Below, piece by piece: positions 63,485 to 64,000 of a DNA stretch of 64,000 bases. The stretch comes from Octopus vulgaris (taxonomy: Eukaryota), in NCBI GenBank assembly GCA_951406725.2, contig OX597819.1, positions 73,098,001 to 73,162,000 on the forward strand, in the 5' to 3' direction. The notes beneath the pieces are model-generated. The model was not told where the DNA came from. It searched no databases and saw only the letters and a program-made list of their open reading frames with translations. How positions within the stretch are numbered: the stretch's first letter is position 1; each line of letters opens with the position of its first letter. A program made the position numbers and the translations under genes.

Positions 63485-63704
63485 AATAATAATAACAACA
63501 ACAAAAGTAACAATCCGTTCTACTATGGCCGCAAGGCCTATAATTTTGAGTGGAGGGTGTGAATCGATTACACTGACTTGAATGCTCAGCTTGTACTTAT
63601 TTCATTGAAACCCAAAAGAATGACAGGCAAAATTGACTATGATGGAATTTGAACTCAGATTGCAAAGCTCAACAAAATTCCACAGAACATTTTGCTCAGT
63701 GAGC

Positions 63705-63760
<56 letters not shown>

Positions 63761-64000
63761 GTTTCATATTTAGGTATGAGGCCAGTAATTTTAGGGGACG
63801 ATGTAATTCAATTACATTGACTCCAGTACTCAACTAGTACTTGTTTTATCAACCCCAGAAGGATGAAAAACAAGATTGACCTTCATGGCATTTGAAAACA
63901 GAACATGAACAGTCATAAAAAATGCTAAGCATAATTTTTTCCAATGTGCTAATGATTCTGCTAAATCAGAGACTTATCATGATCATCATCATTCTTTAAT

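Overview
AT-rich, repeat-dense eukaryotic DNA. The SINE families (tRNA head + CORE-like, Meta-like and RTE-tailed) resemble those described from octopus, so an octopod cephalopod is the likely source (inference). There are no prokaryotic operons, no CRISPR array and no long intact host CDS. Most listed ORFs are microsatellite or SINE artefacts; the protein-like ones are transposable-element relics: two maT/DD37D-like and three mariner transposases, a Charlie/Buster hAT transposase, CR1-, RTE- and R4/Dong-type LINE fragments, and a Penelope-type GIY-YIG endonuclease. Also present are hAT, mariner and piggyBac-like MITEs and a 1.1-kb solo-LTR-like insertion with a motif-rich promoter. Most notable: (1) several unrelated short insertions with inverted-duplication (fold-back) structure that carry minimal type-I hammerhead ribozyme cores. 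One is a tRNA-headed, TSD-flanked SINE-like element (12369-12744) that looks Penelope-mobilised. (2) A CpG-retaining, repeat-poor domain (~19.6-28.3 kb) that looks like an unmethylated promoter region, with a candidate spliced small ORF running left. (3) A clean 33-nt phase-1 microexon candidate at 46111-46143. Gene models rest on splice motifs only and are unverified. Repeat boundaries were read by eye and are approximate unless a TSD or TIR is quoted.
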